Assembly (NCBI GenBank): GCA_964291315.2
Contig: OZ219753.1
Location: 192,001 to 256,000, forward strand
Direction of reading: 5' to 3'
DNA: 64,000 nt
Source: Candidatus Poribacteria bacterium
GTDB lineage: Bacteria; Poribacteria; WGA-4E; WGA-3G
Shown piece after piece: positions 10,366 through 20,351 of the stretch; position 1 is the first letter of the stretch, and every line of letters starts with the position of its first letter. The notes under the pieces are model-generated. The model was given only the letters and a program-made list of their open reading frames with translations, was not told where the DNA came from and searched no databases. A program made the translations under genes and the position numbers.

Positions 10366-10950
10366 GTGGAAAGAACTGAAGCCTTGCTCATAGCTGACCT
10401 TTGCGAAGGTGATGAGTCGGCGTTAGCACCGTTAATAGAAAAGTACAAACGTATGGTGTATCGTCTTGCAGTGCGGATTACTAAGAATCACGCAGATGCC
10501 GAGGATGTCATGCAAGAGACTTTTTTCAAGGTGTACCGCTCAATCCGAACGTTCCGAAGGGATGCGGCTTTTGAGACTTGGGTCTATCGAATAGCCGTCA
10601 ATGAAGCATTGAACTTCGTTAAGCGTAGGAAGCGCCGACAGGAACGTACGATTGAGAGAACAGCAGATACTGAATTTGCAGCGGATATGCGGGAGCGTGC
10701 AGCTCAAGCCAATGACCCGCATGTACACGCCGAAAAAGCTGAACTCCGTCGCTATGTTACAGCGGCGGTCAACAGTCTCTCGTTGAAACACCGTACCGTG
10801 GTAATTCTGCATGAATTTGAAGGATTAACACATGCCGAGATCGCTTCTATTCTTAGTTGTTCAGAGGGAACTGTTCGTTCTCGACTGCACTATGCACGCA
10901 AAAAACTCCGAAATTTGCTCAAACCGTATGTAGATGCCGGGGCAATTTAG
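10366..10950 (+). CDS. ECF RNA polymerase sigma factor
   Basis: DAEDVMQETF, FETWVYRIAVN, EIASIL..SEGTVRSRLHYAR; GTG after AAGGAG. Confidence 0.93.
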   Translation: MERTEALLIADLCEGDESALAPLIEKYKRMVYRLAVRITKNHADAEDVMQETFFKVYRSIRTFRRDAAFETWVYRIAVNEALNFVKRRKRRQERTIERTADTEFAADMRERAAQANDPHVHAEKAELRRYVTAAVNSLSLKHRTVVILHEFEGLTHAEIASILSCSEGTVRSRLHYARKKLRNLLKPYVDAGAI

Positions 10951-11023
10951 CTTCTAAATGCTGATCTCCGGTAGCGACATAGAATTATAAGCGCAAAAGC
11001 CCATAATGTCGTGGAGAATACTG

Positions 11024-12016
11024 ATGAGCTTGAAGTGCCAGAAAACACAACGTCTTTTATCAGACTATTTTGATGGAACGCTTTTCGAACGGCAGATGAA
11101 AGCTGTCGACAAGCATCTCAAAGCTTGTCTGTACTGTAAACGAGAAGCCATTAACCTGAAAAAGATGTCCTACCTCCTCGAAAATTTTTACGTTGAACCT
11201 GAAGCGTCCGACGCGTATTATGCACGATTCACAAAGGAGCTCCATCAACGCATTGAACAGACTGCACCTATTCCTTTCTATCAACGTCTGCACGATATGG
11301 GTACTAAGTTGACTTGGCAGCTCTTGACGCAGCTGCGCCGGGCTGTTGACCATTGCATCCCTTGTGGATTCACCACTCTGCGGCAAAAGATGCTGCCGTA
11401 CTACGCACTCGTAGCAACGATGATGATGCTTCTTGTGGTGCCCTTCGCCTTGAAGCTTCTGCCTTCAGGTGAGAATGGAGAACAGACCCTTGGACACTTA
11501 TACGCAGTAGTAAAGGCACGACTTTTTTCTACATCAATAGATGTTTCGCGTCAGCCCGCGGCAACGCTTGCTATCCAACGGGATACTGCAGCGCAACCCA
11601 CCGAGGTCCGTCGAAACGTCAGTAGAAACCGTACAACAGAGATGCTTATTGTGGACTCAGGCACCGATGTCTGGCAATTTACTGACGACCCATTGGCTGA
11701 TGGATATATTTTAACTACACTTCTTGAAAGTAGTGAAGGCACACTCCCTAGCGTGGCTTTAGACATTGATTCAAAACTTCTAACCTATGCTGAATTATCA
11801 AGCCAAGGCACACCATGGGAATACCCGACAGCCCGGGAGGTACTCACCGACGGTAGGCATACCCTCCTTTTGCTACAAGGTATCCATTTAGGGCAGCAGG
11901 TGCCTCAACAGTATCAACGCAAAAGAAGTCAACCTGAAGATTTCTCAAGGAAATTGTTGGACGTATCGTTGGAAACCCTCTCAATTACAGAAATCTACGA
12001 TTCAATAGAATTATAA
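11024..12016 (+). CDS. zinc-finger (ZAS, zf-HC2) transmembrane anti-sigma factor
   Basis: C...LSDYFDG...HLKACLYC motif, single TM helix, directly after the ECF sigma gene. Confidence 0.8.
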   Translation: MSLKCQKTQRLLSDYFDGTLFERQMKAVDKHLKACLYCKREAINLKKMSYLLENFYVEPEASDAYYARFTKELHQRIEQTAPIPFYQRLHDMGTKLTWQLLTQLRRAVDHCIPCGFTTLRQKMLPYYALVATMMMLLVVPFALKLLPSGENGEQTLGHLYAVVKARLFSTSIDVSRQPAATLAIQRDTAAQPTEVRRNVSRNRTTEMLIVDSGTDVWQFTDDPLADGYILTTLLESSEGTLPSVALDIDSKLLTYAELSSQGTPWEYPTAREVLTDGRHTLLLLQGIHLGQQVPQQYQRKRSQPEDFSRKLLDVSLETLSITEIYDSIEL

Positions 12017-12051
12017 GTTGATATATTGACAATGTGTATTTTATTAATTAA

Positions 12052-12185
12052 CTCCTCGCCCGCGGGTTGCGGGAGAGAATGAATGCCTGTGGAACCGTTA
12101 TAAGACCACAGCGGGTGGCTGTGGGCGGTGAAGCAGGAACTACTAATCTGCACTGAAGCAACGTTCCTACCGTGACAGGGCAGGT
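12052..12185 (+). ncRNA. putative structured 5' leader of the TPR gene
   Basis: GC-rich island with four stems ending just before the AAGGAG RBS. Confidence 0.4.
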
Positions 12186-12204
12186 TAAAAGGAGCAGAAT
12201 ACGA

Positions 12205-15200
12205 ATGAACCCAAGGATTTTGGGAATTATCGGCGGCCTTGCCTTGATAATCGCGCTCCTCTCACCTTTAATGATGGGAAGCTCTAAAAAGGTGGAGCAG
12301 CTGTACCAAGCTGCTGAAGATTTACGCGGGCAAGCAGACTATGAAGGCGCGATTGAAAAGTATAATGAGGCACTCGAAGAATCAACAAAACGAGGCGTTA
12401 AAACCGAAGTTATTGACAAAGACTTTGCAACCCTCGCTAACTATAAAATTGCTGTTAGTTACTCACGACTTGCAGAACAAACAGGTGATGTCAATTATTA
12501 CGACACTGCGGTTGGGTACATCGAAAAGGTCGCGCCTACAGCGACGATCCCCAAACATCAGGAGGGACTCACCTACCTCTGGGGACATATCCTCTATCGC
12601 ACGGAGCAGTTTGAATTGGCAGAACCGAAGTTTACGCAGCTCATTGAGAACTTTCCGAACAGTCTCTTTGTTGAAAACGCTTGGTATGCTATTGGACAAC
12701 TGAACTTCAAATTACAGAACTATGAAGACTCCCGACAAGCATTCAAAGCCGTTCTTGACGGTTTCCCGAATTCGGACTTCAAAGATGATGCGCAGCACCT
12801 CATCGCGCAGTCGTTCCTCAACGAATCTAACTATGAACAAGCCTATCAGGAGTTCGATAAAATCGCGACGGAGGAGTTCAAGAACTACCCGGACTTGCAA
12901 GCTGAAGCGATGTACAAGGCCGCGTATAGCCTAAACCAGCTGGGTAGGGATGATGAAGCTATCGGTCGCTACACAAACTTCATCACACAGTTCCCGGAAA
13001 GCCAATACGTCACAGCGGCATACTTCGACCAAGGTGCAATTTATGCTCGCCAGAAAGACTATGACAATGCACGCGTCAATTACGAGTTAGCACTGCAAAA
13101 TACAGCTGACCGGACGCTACAAGCAGAAATTCAGTCTGCCATCGGCCGCACGTACTTCGACCAAGGGGACTATGAAAACGCTATCGTTTCATACACGTTA
13201 CTCCTCGAAGAATACCCGGAGAGCGATTATATTGCAGAAGCAAAGCTCGGTATTGCAGATAGTTACTTCCGGTTGGATAACTGGAGTCAAGCAACCGTTG
13301 CATACGAACGGGTCATCAATGAACACCAAGAAGCTACTGATTTTATCCCTTACTGTTCTTATCAGATCGCTGAGGCATACTATAAACTCGGCACTGATCA
13401 GAGGAAAGCCGGGGATGTTGAATCAGGAACAGCAACGCTTGAACTCTCATTGCAATGGTATCAGAGAACGATCGACGATTTCCCGCAAGATCCTGTTGCG
13501 CCGCATGCACTCTATGGGGCAATCTGGGCTCTTAACGATCTCGGACGTAAAGATGATTTAGAAATCATGGCACGCGAGTTTATCGACAAGAACAAGAATG
13601 ATAACGAGTTCGACATCCTCGCTGCGGAGGTCCAACTCCGCTTTGCTGACATCAAGCGAACAGAGTTCAAACAGTACGTTGAAGCTGCTGAAGAATACGC
13701 AAAGTTATGGGATTACCGTCCGCTGCCTAAGTTCCATCTCGTCAAATTGATGGGTAAGTTTTTTGAAGGACGTTCCTACTACGAAGCCGCCAAACCCGGG
13801 GGGTATCAGGAAGGCGATCTAGACGCTGAGTTCAATACGGAATACCTTCAGATGTCTGTCTCAGCGTATCAAGAGGCAATAGGCAGGTTTAATGACGAAG
13901 CCTTCCTACCAGGTGTTGCCGAGGAACGCTATGATGACTTCAGCGAGCGTGTCGCCCAAGTGGAAGCCTGTATCATGAACGAAGCACTGTCTCATGAAAT
14001 GCTTGGTGATTGGGGAGAGGCACGCGATCGGTACGCCTCTATCCCGGAAACCAGCGAGTACTACGAACGCGCGCTCCTTCTCGTCGCTAATAGCCACGTT
14101 AAGCAAGGCAATAAAGACGATGCGATTGACTACTACAATAGCATTTTGGATAAACTTGCCGATGCTGACAATAGATCGTTGGCAGAAATCAAGCTCGCTG
14201 ACCTGCTCCGCGCAGAAAAACGGTTTGAAGAAGCTGCTGTCCAGTATCAAGCTGTAGTTGACGGTAACCCGTCGGGTGAATATGCTGACGACGCGCTTTA
14301 CCTCGTTGGCCTCTGCTACTACCAAGCCGCGGCTGATAATCCGGACCTCTTGGCCCCCTCTGAAACGGCATTCAAACGCGTGATTTCAGATTACGCCGAT
14401 AGCCCGAACGCCGTTGAAGCCTATTATGGGTTGGCACTCGCTTACCGTGATGCCGCTCAAAAACAGGACGATGCAGACAAATGGCCACTTATTCTTCAGA
14501 TCGCTGACGAAGCTAACAGTAAATATGCTTCAAGTGAAAACGAGCTTGTTCTCAAGACCCTTGGACATATTGATCTGATAAAAGCCACTGCTATTGAAAA
14601 TAGTAGCGAAGTGGTGGATTTAGAGGCATTAGTGATGTCTCTAAGGCGGATCGTCGAGAACACCGGGGCACCTGGAGATGCTCGCAGCCGTTCACAGTTG
14701 AAGATTGGACATACCTACTATTCTGCTGAACGCTACGAGGAAGCTCTCGCGGAATATCTCGCTTTTGTGCAAAATTTTCCAAACAGCGAGCTGGCACCAA
14801 ATGCCCAGTACCAAGCGGCTGTTTGCCATTATCAAATTGCACAAGCTGCGACAGATGCCGGTAGCAAGCAGTTAAGCCTCCAGAATACTGTAAGTGCTGC
14901 TCAAAAAGTGGCGACTTTAACAGATGATGCTGACAACCTGATTAGCGCGAATTACACTGCAGGATTGGCGAAACTTGGACTAGACGATAATAAAGGTGCT
15001 GTGGACGCGTTCAAAGCCGTCACTGCATTAGAAGGGCAAACCAAGGACGAGGCGCGGATGTCTCTTATTTTTCAAGCCCATTCTCGTCTTGCTGAACTCA
15101 ATGGCTCCCTTGGTGACCACGCCGCAGCTGTGCAAGAGTATCAGTATATTGTCGAGCACACTGATGATCCAGATATGAAGGGACGTTCCTACTTCGCAAT

Positions 15201-16896
15201 GGCGTTTGCCCAAGAGGAGCAGTTGAAAGCATATCCAGAGGCGTTGATGAGCTACCAGAACTCCGCTGAATTGGTAAAGGACCCGCTTGTCAGAGCACAG
15301 TCCTACTATCGGATGGGTTTGATCTATCAAGATCGGCTTAAACAGCCCGAAAAAGCATTAGAGACTTTTCAGACGTTGATCGGTGAGTACAGCGGTTCGG
15401 ACAATGCAAATGTCGCTTCAATGGTGGCTGACGCTGGCATCCGGCGCTCCACGCTCTATGTCGAGTTGGGGCGTTTGGATGAAGCGATCGCCGAGGCCCT
15501 TGATACGCGCGACCGGACCTTAGAGAATCCGCAAGCAACTGTGGCAGAAAGAGCTGCTGCTCAATACAACGTTGGGTTCCTCTATTTCGACAAAGCACGT
15601 TCTCTCTACTCAACGGAGGCCGGTACAGAGCTGCAACCTTATATTGATACGAGTCGTGAGGCTGCTGGTTCGTTTCATGAGGTAATAGCTATCGCAGCAC
15701 CGGTCGAGGAAGCTGACAAACAAAGTGTCATCCCGTATGTTCAAAATTCACTTTTTCAAGCTGGACAGATCTACTACTCCGTCGGCCTCGGCGTGAAGCT
15801 GCCGCAAGACTTGACAAGTGCAATTGCCCCACTCACAGCATTTGTGAGCTATGCCGATAAAGGTATTTTCCCGATGTCCGACGATCTCCGGAAAAACATA
15901 GAGACGGCACTGAATTACCTTGCTGCTGCTAACTTCGAGTTGGGCAGGATGCAAGTTGGTATGGATGGCGAGATGTCTGAAAAAGCGGTGAATTACTTCC
16001 TCGCAGCTGGAGATGTGTTCCGGGATATGGTACGCCGTTATCCAAGTGCTAAAGATGCAGCTTCTTGGCAATATCATGTCGGTGAATCGCACTACGCAGC
16101 GCAACAATTCGAGAAAGCGATTACGGAGTATGAGAAGGTCCGTTCTGTAGATCGGAATCACAAGAGTGCACCAGAATCACTTTATGCGATCTCGACGTGT
16201 GCACAGCTTCTCAGTCAAGCTGCTGAAGAGGCTGGCGATGAAGAGGAAAAACAGCGCTGGTATGATCGACTTTTTGAGGCGAACGAAGTACTCGCTGCTG
16301 AGTACCCGAACAGTCAGTACACGGCTGATGCCCTTATTAACATCGGCAATAAGTACTACCATTCTGGGTCCGAACAAGGTGTCGAGCTAGCAGAACGTAT
16401 CCGTCTTTATCAAACCTCGATCGGTTACTACCAAAGAGCGATTGATACACCTGGAATCGGAAATGAGTCGAAATCGCTGGCACTCAACTATCTCACCGAT
16501 ACAGCGAATGCTCTTACTTTCCATGAGTATGAGGTAGCAACCGAGCTACTCAATAAAGCGAAATCCACAAGAGGTGAAGAGCAGTCAACCACCATCCAAG
16601 CCGCTATCGATGCTTTTTCGAAGATCATCGAAACCTATCCGATGACCAAGTACGCTGATCTAGGGTTTGCACAGATTGGTGACGCGTATATGGTGTTAGC
16701 AGATAGTGACGATAAGTATTTCAACGATGCGTTGGATTACTTCAACCGCTTGTGGGCGAAATACGAGACAAGCCCACCCGTAGATTCAAAAGTCAGTCAG
16801 GCTCTCAAGTATGCAATCAGCCAGATTCAGGTAATCCAAAGCTACATGCGAGCAAACAACTTGGAAATTCGGGGTGGTGCTGCTGGTGGTGAATAA
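12205..16896 (+). CDS. very large tetratricopeptide-repeat protein with N-terminal membrane anchor/signal
   Basis: Many TPR units with FPNS/YPES/YPNS turns (BamD/CpoB-like); ATG 12205 after AAGGAG. Confidence 0.9.
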   Translation: MNPRILGIIGGLALIIALLSPLMMGSSKKVEQLYQAAEDLRGQADYEGAIEKYNEALEESTKRGVKTEVIDKDFATLANYKIAVSYSRLAEQTGDVNYYDTAVGYIEKVAPTATIPKHQEGLTYLWGHILYRTEQFELAEPKFTQLIENFPNSLFVENAWYAIGQLNFKLQNYEDSRQAFKAVLDGFPNSDFKDDAQHLIAQSFLNESNYEQAYQEFDKIATEEFKNYPDLQAEAMYKAAYSLNQLGRDDEAIGRYTNFITQFPESQYVTAAYFDQGAIYARQKDYDNARVNYELALQNTADRTLQAEIQSAIGRTYFDQGDYENAIVSYTLLLEEYPESDYIAEAKLGIADSYFRLDNWSQATVAYERVINEHQEATDFIPYCSYQIAEAYYKLGTDQRKAGDVESGTATLELSLQWYQRTIDDFPQDPVAPHALYGAIWALNDLGRKDDLEIMAREFIDKNKNDNEFDILAAEVQLRFADIKRTEFKQYVEAAEEYAKLWDYRPLPKFHLVKLMGKFFEGRSYYEAAKPGGYQEGDLDAEFNTEYLQMSVSAYQEAIGRFNDEAFLPGVAEERYDDFSERVAQVEACIMNEALSHEMLGDWGEARDRYASIPETSEYYERALLLVANSHVKQGNKDDAIDYYNSILDKLADADNRSLAEIKLADLLRAEKRFEEAAVQYQAVVDGNPSGEYADDALYLVGLCYYQAAADNPDLLAPSETAFKRVISDYADSPNAVEAYYGLALAYRDAAQKQDDADKWPLILQIADEANSKYASSENELVLKTLGHIDLIKATAIENSSEVVDLEALVMSLRRIVENTGAPGDARSRSQLKIGHTYYSAERYEEALAEYLAFVQNFPNSELAPNAQYQAAVCHYQIAQAATDAGSKQLSLQNTVSAAQKVATLTDDADNLISANYTAGLAKLGLDDNKGAVDAFKAVTALEGQTKDEARMSLIFQAHSRLAELNGSLGDHAAAVQEYQYIVEHTDDPDMKGRSYFAMAFAQEEQLKAYPEALMSYQNSAELVKDPLVRAQSYYRMGLIYQDRLKQPEKALETFQTLIGEYSGSDNANVASMVADAGIRRSTLYVELGRLDEAIAEALDTRDRTLENPQATVAERAAAQYNVGFLYFDKARSLYSTEAGTELQPYIDTSREAAGSFHEVIAIAAPVEEADKQSVIPYVQNSLFQAGQIYYSVGLGVKLPQDLTSAIAPLTAFVSYADKGIFPMSDDLRKNIETALNYLAAANFELGRMQVGMDGEMSEKAVNYFLAAGDVFRDMVRRYPSAKDAASWQYHVGESHYAAQQFEKAITEYEKVRSVDRNHKSAPESLYAISTCAQLLSQAAEEAGDEEEKQRWYDRLFEANEVLAAEYPNSQYTADALINIGNKYYHSGSEQGVELAERIRLYQTSIGYYQRAIDTPGIGNESKSLALNYLTDTANALTFHEYEVATELLNKAKSTRGEEQSTTIQAAIDAFSKIIETYPMTKYADLGFAQIGDAYMVLADSDDKYFNDALDYFNRLWAKYETSPPVDSKVSQALKYAISQIQVIQSYMRANNLEIRGGAAGGE

Positions 16897-16944
16897 TCGC
16901 CACACGTTTTACTTGTAGCCTCGGTATCTTGTTTGAGGTGTCTG

Positions 16945-16976
16945 AATAGAGGGTGCTAACGGCATCCTCTATTTTT
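16945..16976 (+). terminator. intrinsic terminator
   Basis: AATAGAGGGTGC-TAACG-GCATCCTCTATT then T run. Confidence 0.8.
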
Positions 16977-17055
16977 GCGAATCCGCTTTAACCTCAATCG
17001 CCCCTCTAATTCTGAAAACTGCTGATTTATGAAATGTCTGAGGAGCCTCCAAAAA

Positions 17056-18246
17056 GTGTATGATGAATTGATAGTGTCCCCACGCGTTCTGCTTGGTCCC
17101 GGACCCAGTGAAGCCAATGCGCGGGTCCTTAAAGCAATGGTGACCCCGATGTTGGGGTATTTAGACACAGAATTTGTTCAAATAATGGAAGATACGGTGG
17201 CCATGCTCCGTCGTGTCTTTGGGACTGAAAATAGTTTAACGTTGCCCATCTCTGGTACTGGTACGGCCGGAATGGAAGCCGCCCTTACTAATCTCATTGA
17301 ACCTGGAGACGCGGTTGTCGTAGGTATCTGCGGTTATTTTGGTGGAAGAATCGCTGACATCGCTGCACGCTGCGGGGCAACGGTAACAACCGTGGAAGCA
17401 GAATGGGGCAAACCTGTCCCGACAGAAAAACTTGCTGAAGCTGTTGCTAACGTTTCCAAACTCAAGCTCGTCGCGCTCGTACATGGTGAAACCTCTACCG
17501 GTATTCTCCAGCCGCTGACCGATGCTGTCCAAATTGCCCATGATAACGGTGCTCTCTTTCTTGCGGATTGCGTGACATCCCTCGGTGGGCAGCCTGTGGA
17601 CTTGGATGCCCGCGGTATTGATGTTGCCTATAGTTGCACCCAAAAGTGTCTTGCCTGTCCGCCAGGGCTTTCACCTATCAGTTTCAGCGATCGCGCCGTC
17701 GAAGTCATCCGAAACCGAAAGACCCGTGTCCAGAGCTTTTATCTCGACATGACACTCCTCGAAAATTATTGGCATGGCGAAAAACGCGGTTATCATCACA
17801 CAGTTTCGATGTCGCTTGTTTACGCTTTAAGAGAAGGGTTGCGCGTCGTGTTAGAAGAAGGTTTAGCGACTCGTTACGAACGACATGAACGCAATGCGCG
17901 AGCACTTCTAGCAGGTGCTAAAGCGATTGGACTACAACCTGCTGCCGAGGATGGTTACCGGGCACCTATGCTAACGACATTGCGTATTCCTGATGGCATT
18001 TGCGACGCAACTATTCGGGGGCGTTTAATTGCAGACTACGGTATAGAAATCGGGGGTGGGCTCGGGATCTTTGCAGGGAACATGTGGAGAATCGGGTTAA
18101 TGGGGGATTCATCTAGCCAACGGAACGTGATGCTATTTCTCAATGCTTTGGAAAAGCTACTGATTGAATTTGGACATAAGACAAGACCTGGTACCGCCGT
18201 TCAAGCTGCTTCACAGGCTTACGCCGCATCATACGACTTCCCATAG
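17056..18246 (+). CDS. alanine-glyoxylate/serine-pyruvate aminotransferase (class V PLP)
   Basis: LLGPGPS, SGTGTAGMEA, VHGETSTG, TQKCLACPPGL; GTG 17056 after AGGAG. Confidence 0.92.
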   Translation: MYDELIVSPRVLLGPGPSEANARVLKAMVTPMLGYLDTEFVQIMEDTVAMLRRVFGTENSLTLPISGTGTAGMEAALTNLIEPGDAVVVGICGYFGGRIADIAARCGATVTTVEAEWGKPVPTEKLAEAVANVSKLKLVALVHGETSTGILQPLTDAVQIAHDNGALFLADCVTSLGGQPVDLDARGIDVAYSCTQKCLACPPGLSPISFSDRAVEVIRNRKTRVQSFYLDMTLLENYWHGEKRGYHHTVSMSLVYALREGLRVVLEEGLATRYERHERNARALLAGAKAIGLQPAAEDGYRAPMLTTLRIPDGICDATIRGRLIADYGIEIGGGLGIFAGNMWRIGLMGDSSSQRNVMLFLNALEKLLIEFGHKTRPGTAVQAASQAYAASYDFP

Positions 18247-18457
18247 AATTGGCAGGCGTGATTTTACAACGTCGCCTAACACTAATTTGCTCTCAAGTTA
18301 TCTAGGTCATGCTAAAGAAATATCGCGGATCGGATATTTTGGGGTTAGCTTGATTTATCTTGCTTGGGCTGCTACATCGCGGAGGCTGGAATTAGGTATA
18401 TTCTTCTATACAATTTCGGTCGGCTAGACAGAAAGAGAGCGTTGACCTTCAGCTTCA

Positions 18458-20029
18458 CTATTCCCATTCGATGGTACTCGGCGGCTTCGAGCTAATATCG
18501 TAAACAACCCGGTTGATGCCTTGTACCTCATTAATAATACGGTTCGAGATTCTAGTGAGTAAGTCGGTAGGGATACGGGCCCAATCAGCGGTCATCGCAT
18601 CACTGCTGGTGACTGCTCGCAACACGACAGCATTTTCGTAGGTCCGGGCATCTCCCATAACTCCGACACTTTTGACCGGTAGGAGCACTGCTAATGCCTG
18701 CCAAATCTCGTTGTACAATCCTGCCTCTTTAATCTCATCTATAAAAATGGAGTCGGCTGCGCGGAGTACTTCCAACCGGGCGTAGGTAACCTCACCGATA
18801 AGGCGCACGGCGAGTCCGGGGCCTGGAAAAGGGTGCCGACCTAAGACATGCATTGGTATATTTAATTCTTTACCAACCGCGCGAACCTCATCCTTAAAGA
18901 GCTCCCGGAAAGGTTCTAGCAATTCAAACGGCATGTCAGCTGGGAGTCCACCAACATTGTGATGGGTCTTGATCGTAGCAGATGGGCCTCTCACGGAGAT
19001 ACTCTCTATTACGTCCGGATAGAGTGTGCCTTGTGCAAGAAATCGGAGGTTATGTGCCATTCTGAGGACTGTAGTCCTAAAGATTTTGATGAACTGTGCT
19101 CCAATCACCTTACGTTTTTCTTCAGGATCGGTAATTCCTGCTAAAGCATTCAAAAACGGAGTTGCTGCATCAACAAGCACAAGCGGGATACCGAGTGCCT
19201 TGCAGGTCGCAAGGACCTCCGCCGCCTCGTTCTCACGAAGGAGCCCATTGTCAACAAAGACTGGGACAAGTGCATCACCTATTGCTTTATGGAGAAGCGT
19301 CGCCAGCACCATGGAATCGACACCACCACTCACGGCGCATAGAACGCGCTCATCTCCAACTTGCTTCTGGATTTGCGCCGTTGTCCGGGTGATAAAAGCT
19401 TGCATCGTCCATCCGTTGTGACATCTGCAGATTTTCTGTGTAAAATTCCGTAGAATTTTATCAGCATCCTGCGTATGTTCGACCTCAGGGTGAAACTGCA
19501 AGCCGTAAAACGCGCGATCAGAATCTACCATAGCAGCGATTGGGGCATTTTCTGTCTGTCCAATCGTCTGAAACCCGATTGGAAGTCTTCCAATTTGGTC
19601 CCCGTGGCTCATCCACACAGACAATTCCGAAGGAAGTCCTTCAAATAGAGGCTCTGATGTCTTGAGAATTTGAACGGAGGCGTGTCCGTACTCGCGCTCA
19701 CTGGCTGGTTGAACCTCACCCCCCGCGAGAAGTGCCGCCATAAGCTGCATACCGTAGCAGATACCTAATATGGGAATACCTAATCCAAAAAGTTTGGTAT
19801 CAATTTTTGGAGAGTCAGTGTCGTAGACGCTCGCCGGTCCACCACTCAAGATGATTCCCTTTGGTGCAATCTCCTTAATCTTCGCCAGGGGTAGGAGATA
19901 TGGATGAATTTCGCAGTAAACATGCTGCTCACGGATACGCCGAGCAATTAGCTGCGTATATTGTGAGCCAAAGTCCAAGATAAGGATGGTCTCTTGCTGT
20001 TCTGATGTTACATTATGCGTCTGACTCAT
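18458..20029 (-). CDS. guaA: GMP synthase (glutamine-hydrolysing)
   Basis: [45 protein letters not shown]. Confidence 0.97.
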   Translation of the reverse strand: MSQTHNVTSEQQETILILDFGSQYTQLIARRIREQHVYCEIHPYLLPLAKIKEIAPKGIILSGGPASVYDTDSPKIDTKLFGLGIPILGICYGMQLMAALLAGGEVQPASEREYGHASVQILKTSEPLFEGLPSELSVWMSHGDQIGRLPIGFQTIGQTENAPIAAMVDSDRAFYGLQFHPEVEHTQDADKILRNFTQKICRCHNGWTMQAFITRTTAQIQKQVGDERVLCAVSGGVDSMVLATLLHKAIGDALVPVFVDNGLLRENEAAEVLATCKALGIPLVLVDAATPFLNALAGITDPEEKRKVIGAQFIKIFRTTVLRMAHNLRFLAQGTLYPDVIESISVRGPSATIKTHHNVGGLPADMPFELLEPFRELFKDEVRAVGKELNIPMHVLGRHPFPGPGLAVRLIGEVTYARLEVLRAADSIFIDEIKEAGLYNEIWQALAVLLPVKSVGVMGDARTYENAVVLRAVTSSDAMTADWARIPTDLLTRISNRIINEVQGINRVVYDISSKPPSTIEWE

Positions 20030-20057
20030 ATTGTTAACGGCTTGCGGGGGACAACAG

Positions 20058-20345
20058 TCAATCTGTACGGGTCGGTTCACAATCAATAATCTCGCCTGTT
20101 TCTGGTCCAAAGATTACGCCGTAACGCCCTAGAGGCGCGAAATCGATATCGCTCCACATCGCCAAGCCTGTATTTGCGTCTTGTAGGTAGTAATATCCAT
20201 GATATGGATGTTCGGGTATATCGATACTTCTAACATAGTAGCAGTGGTTGTGAAACTGAATAGTATTCTCATAAATTATGATATATCTGTCACCAAACAG
20301 GTTCAGGGCAATTTGATGGATGACATAAGGTTGTTTGTGTTGCAC
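20058..20345 (-). CDS. small Tyr/His-rich hypothetical protein
   Basis: Fills the gap between the OmpA-family gene and guaA; GTG with GAGGA RBS. Confidence 0.6.
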   Translation of the reverse strand: MQHKQPYVIHQIALNLFGDRYIIIYENTIQFHNHCYYVRSIDIPEHPYHGYYYLQDANTGLAMWSDIDFAPLGRYGVIFGPETGEIIDCEPTRTD

Positions 20346-20351
20346 AAGTCC

